A stretch of 64,000 nt of DNA from Patescibacteria group bacterium (GTDB lineage Bacteria; Patescibacteriota; Minisyncoccia; Phycocordibacterales; GCA-2747955), in contig JBLYPV010000001.1 of the NCBI GenBank assembly GCA_048538215.1, positions 139,495-203,494 of the forward strand. The letters run 5' to 3'. A program made the translations under genes and the position numbers. Below, in pieces: positions 61,200-64,000 of the stretch. The notes under the pieces were generated by a model. The model saw only the letters and a program-made list of their open reading frames with translations, ran no database searches and was not told the DNA's origin. The stretch's first letter is position 1. Every line of letters begins with the position of its first letter.

Positions 61200-62588
61200 A
61201 TGACTAATCAAGGCCCTATCCCTCCTCAATCAATAGAAGCAGAGCAAGCGCTATTAGGATCGATTTTAATCAAACCAGATGCTTTGTATGAAATTGTAGA
61301 ATATATTTTTCCAGAGGTATTTTATGATACTCGACATCAAATAATTTTTGAAGCTGCCTATGAGCTCTTTAATAACTCAAGCCCTATTGATCTTCTTACC
61401 CTGTCAGACAAGCTTAAGACGCTCAAACAGCTCGACCAAATAGGTGGCGAAGAATACCTCGCTCACCTTGCTACGACTGTCCCTAGCGCTGCTAATATTG
61501 AGCATTATGCACAAATTGTCCACAGCCGATTTATCAAGCGACGCTTGATTCAAGCTTCCGAAGAAATTGCCCATCTCGGCTACGATGAATCACAGGAGAC
61601 GGAATACGCCATTGATCAAGCAGAAAAATCACTTTTCAGCATATCTCAATCTCTCAGTGGGTCGGAGTTCGTGGGGATGGTGGAGCTCGCAAAAGATGCG
61701 AGTGAGCGTATTATGAAACTTCAGGATGGTGGAGAAAAGCTTCGTGGGCTCCCTACTGGATTTGAATCAATCGACCGGAAGCTTTCTGGATTCCAAGGCG
61801 GTGATTTAATCATCCTCGCTGCCCGTCCATCCGTAGGTAAAACTTCACTTGCCCTTGATTTTGTCCGGAAAATTGCCGTCAACCACGATAAATCTATTGC
61901 CTTTTTTTCGCTTGAAATGTCCCAAGATCAGCTGATTGATAGAATGCTCTCGGCAGAATCTAGAGTAGATTACTGGAAAATGCGTACGGGTACTATCAAG
62001 GAGCAGACTGATTTTGGAGCTCTACAAGATGCTATAGGTAGATTATCAGAAGCTAAGATACATATTGACGATAATTCATACAATAATGTTTTAAGAATGA
62101 AATCTGCTGCGCGCAAGCTCAAGCGCCGACACGGCCTTGATCTTATAGTGGTAGACTACCTACAATTAATGGCACCAGTAAAAACAGGACCAAATGTATC
62201 GGTTGTACAAGAAATCACCGAAATATCTCGAGGCCTCAAACAGCTTGCAAAAGAGCTCAATGTGCCTGTTATTGCTCTCTCTCAACTTTCAAGAAATATT
62301 GAACACCGTGGTAATGATGCTCGCCCCAAGCTTGCTGATTTACGAGATTCAGGATCAATCGAGCAAGATGCAGATTTAGTAATGTTTATCCATCGTCCAA
62401 AGCAAGAAGATGAGTCAGCTGGGCGCGGAGCGCAAACAGAGCTTATTATTGAAAAACACCGCAATGGAGCGACTGGCACTGTAGAGCTATTCTTTGATGC
62501 TGAGAAGACTACTTTCCATGAGGTCGACTCAGGGCACGAGGCATATGCAATGGCTGATTTTGAAGATCAAGCTGATGACGATTTTTAG
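61200..62588 (+). CDS. dnaB: replicative DNA helicase
   Basis: PPQSIEAEQ, AARPSVGKT, DYLQL, LSQLSR, DLRDSGSIEQDAD. Confidence 0.98.
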   Translation: MTNQGPIPPQSIEAEQALLGSILIKPDALYEIVEYIFPEVFYDTRHQIIFEAAYELFNNSSPIDLLTLSDKLKTLKQLDQIGGEEYLAHLATTVPSAANIEHYAQIVHSRFIKRRLIQASEEIAHLGYDESQETEYAIDQAEKSLFSISQSLSGSEFVGMVELAKDASERIMKLQDGGEKLRGLPTGFESIDRKLSGFQGGDLIILAARPSVGKTSLALDFVRKIAVNHDKSIAFFSLEMSQDQLIDRMLSAESRVDYWKMRTGTIKEQTDFGALQDAIGRLSEAKIHIDDNSYNNVLRMKSAARKLKRRHGLDLIVVDYLQLMAPVKTGPNVSVVQEITEISRGLKQLAKELNVPVIALSQLSRNIEHRGNDARPKLADLRDSGSIEQDADLVMFIHRPKQEDESAGRGAQTELIIEKHRNGATGTVELFFDAEKTTFHEVDSGHEAYAMADFEDQADDDF

Positions 62589-62607
62589 AAATTGATAAGA
62601 CATTCTT

Positions 62608-63222
62608 ATGAACGAACTCGACACCCTCCAACAATTACTCACACGGCTCCCTGGTATTGGCCCACGCCAAGCTCGGCGTTTTTCTTTTTTTCTTATGCAA
62701 GCTCCCAGGCAATATATTGATGAGCTTATTGAGAGCATTACAAACTCGCGTCAATTACGCCACCATTGTCAATTATGCAACCGTATTTTTTTTATAAACC
62801 ACGCACATACCAACACTACGAATTGCCCTACATGTATTGATAGCGCCCGTGATGCTTCCAAGCTCCTGCTCGTTCTCAAACAAGCTGATTTTGAGCAAAT
62901 AGAATCTGCATCAACTTGGGATGGACACTATTTCCTTATTAATAGAAACGTCCGATTAGCGGACAAAAATCCGGAAAATCTTCTCCCACTCGATATGCTA
63001 AAGCGTCGTATTACCGACTCTCAGGTGCAAGAAATTATCTTTGGCTTACCTATCAATCCAGAGGGCGAATATACTACCGAGGTGCTCGAAACAGCCCTGG
63101 CTTCCATTGTAAAAGAAAAAGGTATCACTATCTCACACTTGGCCCGTGGGCTCTCGAGTGGTAGTGAACTTGAATACTCAGACCCCCAAACCCTCAAATC
63201 AGCTCTAGAGAATAGAAACTAG
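62608..63222 (+). CDS. recR: recombination protein RecR
   Basis: LPGIGPRQA.R HhH, C4 zinc finger, Toprim EGEYT, LEYSD..TL..AL..R. Confidence 0.95.
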   Translation: MNELDTLQQLLTRLPGIGPRQARRFSFFLMQAPRQYIDELIESITNSRQLRHHCQLCNRIFFINHAHTNTTNCPTCIDSARDASKLLLVLKQADFEQIESASTWDGHYFLINRNVRLADKNPENLLPLDMLKRRITDSQVQEIIFGLPINPEGEYTTEVLETALASIVKEKGITISHLARGLSSGSELEYSDPQTLKSALENRN

Positions 63223-63998
63223 CTATTGCTTGCAATAAACGACTCCCACATTAATTTAAATTTATCATTTCTTTTAAACAAATCTTCAAAACTACCTTGA
63301 TCAACTACAGTGCCATCTTCAAACATAATAATCATATCAAAATATTTTAATAGATTCATTTTGTGAATGCTGGCAATGAATGTTTTCCCTTTAAAGTGAT
63401 TAAAAATATTTTGGTATATTTCTACTTCTATTTCAGGATCAACGGAGCTAGTAGACTCATCAAGTAGGATAATATTTTTATCTAGTGCAAATAAAAGTGC
63501 CCGTGCGAGAGCTAATCGTTGCTTTTGTCCACCAGATAGATTCACCCCCTTCTCATTAATCCTGCTCGCAAAGCCATCTGCTAAACTATCGACTACTTCT
63601 GTAAACATAGCTAGATCAGTAACTTTTCGAATAGATTTTTCATTATAATCAAGACCAAATGTAATATTTTCCTCAATAGTACTACTAAATAGCTCCGGAT
63701 CTTGTGGGACTAGTGTAGTGGATAAGTCAATTTCATGAAGTTGTTTGTGAATTTGTTCACCATCTATATAAATATCACCAATTGCCCCCTCATACATTCC
63801 ATGTAGCAATTTGAGAAAGGTTGTTTTCCCTGACCCTGATTGTCCAATAAGCGCCACTCTTTGCCCTTGTTGTATTGTAAGTGAAACATCTCGTAAGGTC
63901 GTAAATTCTTGTTGATCTTGGCTATAATCAAATTTTACCTCATTAAACCGTATTGATTGCGCTACATCCACTTTTAAACGATCAATTTTTGAATGCTC
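63219..63998 (-). CDS. ABC transporter ATP-binding domain (5' part beyond window)
   Basis: GQSGSGKT, LSGGQKQR, LLDE. Confidence 0.93.
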   Translation of the reverse strand, partial: EHSKIDRLKVDVAQSIRFNEVKFDYSQDQQEFTTLRDVSLTIQQGQRVALIGQSGSGKTTFLKLLHGMYEGAIGDIYIDGEQIHKQLHEIDLSTTLVPQDPELFSSTIEENITFGLDYNEKSIRKVTDLAMFTEVVDSLADGFASRINEKGVNLSGGQKQRLALARALLFALDKNIILLDESTSSVDPEIEVEIYQNIFNHFKGKTFIASIHKMNLLKYFDMIIMFEDGTVVDQGSFEDLFKRNDKFKLMWESFIASNS

Positions 63999-64000
63999 GA

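Noticed and set aside
1-64000. CRISPR array, rRNA, prophage, inteins, TGA recoding
   Set aside because: No regularly spaced repeats, rRNA or phage structural genes were seen. DnaB, RpoB and RpoC are of normal length. TGA ends several clear genes, and conserved genes have no internal TGA.

Overview
Mostly housekeeping chromosome of a reduced-genome bacterium, inferred to be CPR/Patescibacteria (Parcubacteria-like) from gene content: short AspRS without GAD domain, NUDIX-containing LeuRS, CPR-style pilins and widespread leaderless genes. It uses the standard code with TGA as stop. The window carries six aminoacyl-tRNA synthetases, rpoBC, dnaG-rpoD, dnaB-recR, uvrB, secDF, ftsW-murG, ftsZ, Fo ATP synthase genes, RNase P RNA and three tRNAs. 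Gene orientation switches from mostly + to mostly - at about 16.4-17.7 kb, around a symmetric dif-like site, so this is probably the replication terminus. The most unusual object is a ~2.0-kb element integrated at the 3' end of tRNA-Glu(CTC) (41151-43167). It encodes only a large serine recombinase whose att site lies inside its own 3' end. It also carries a second, intact, inverted and diverged copy of that attP region immediately upstream of its start codon. This predicts a three-state switch (integrated, inverted, excised) giving three different recombinase C-termini. All calls were made by eye from motifs; no database searches were run.
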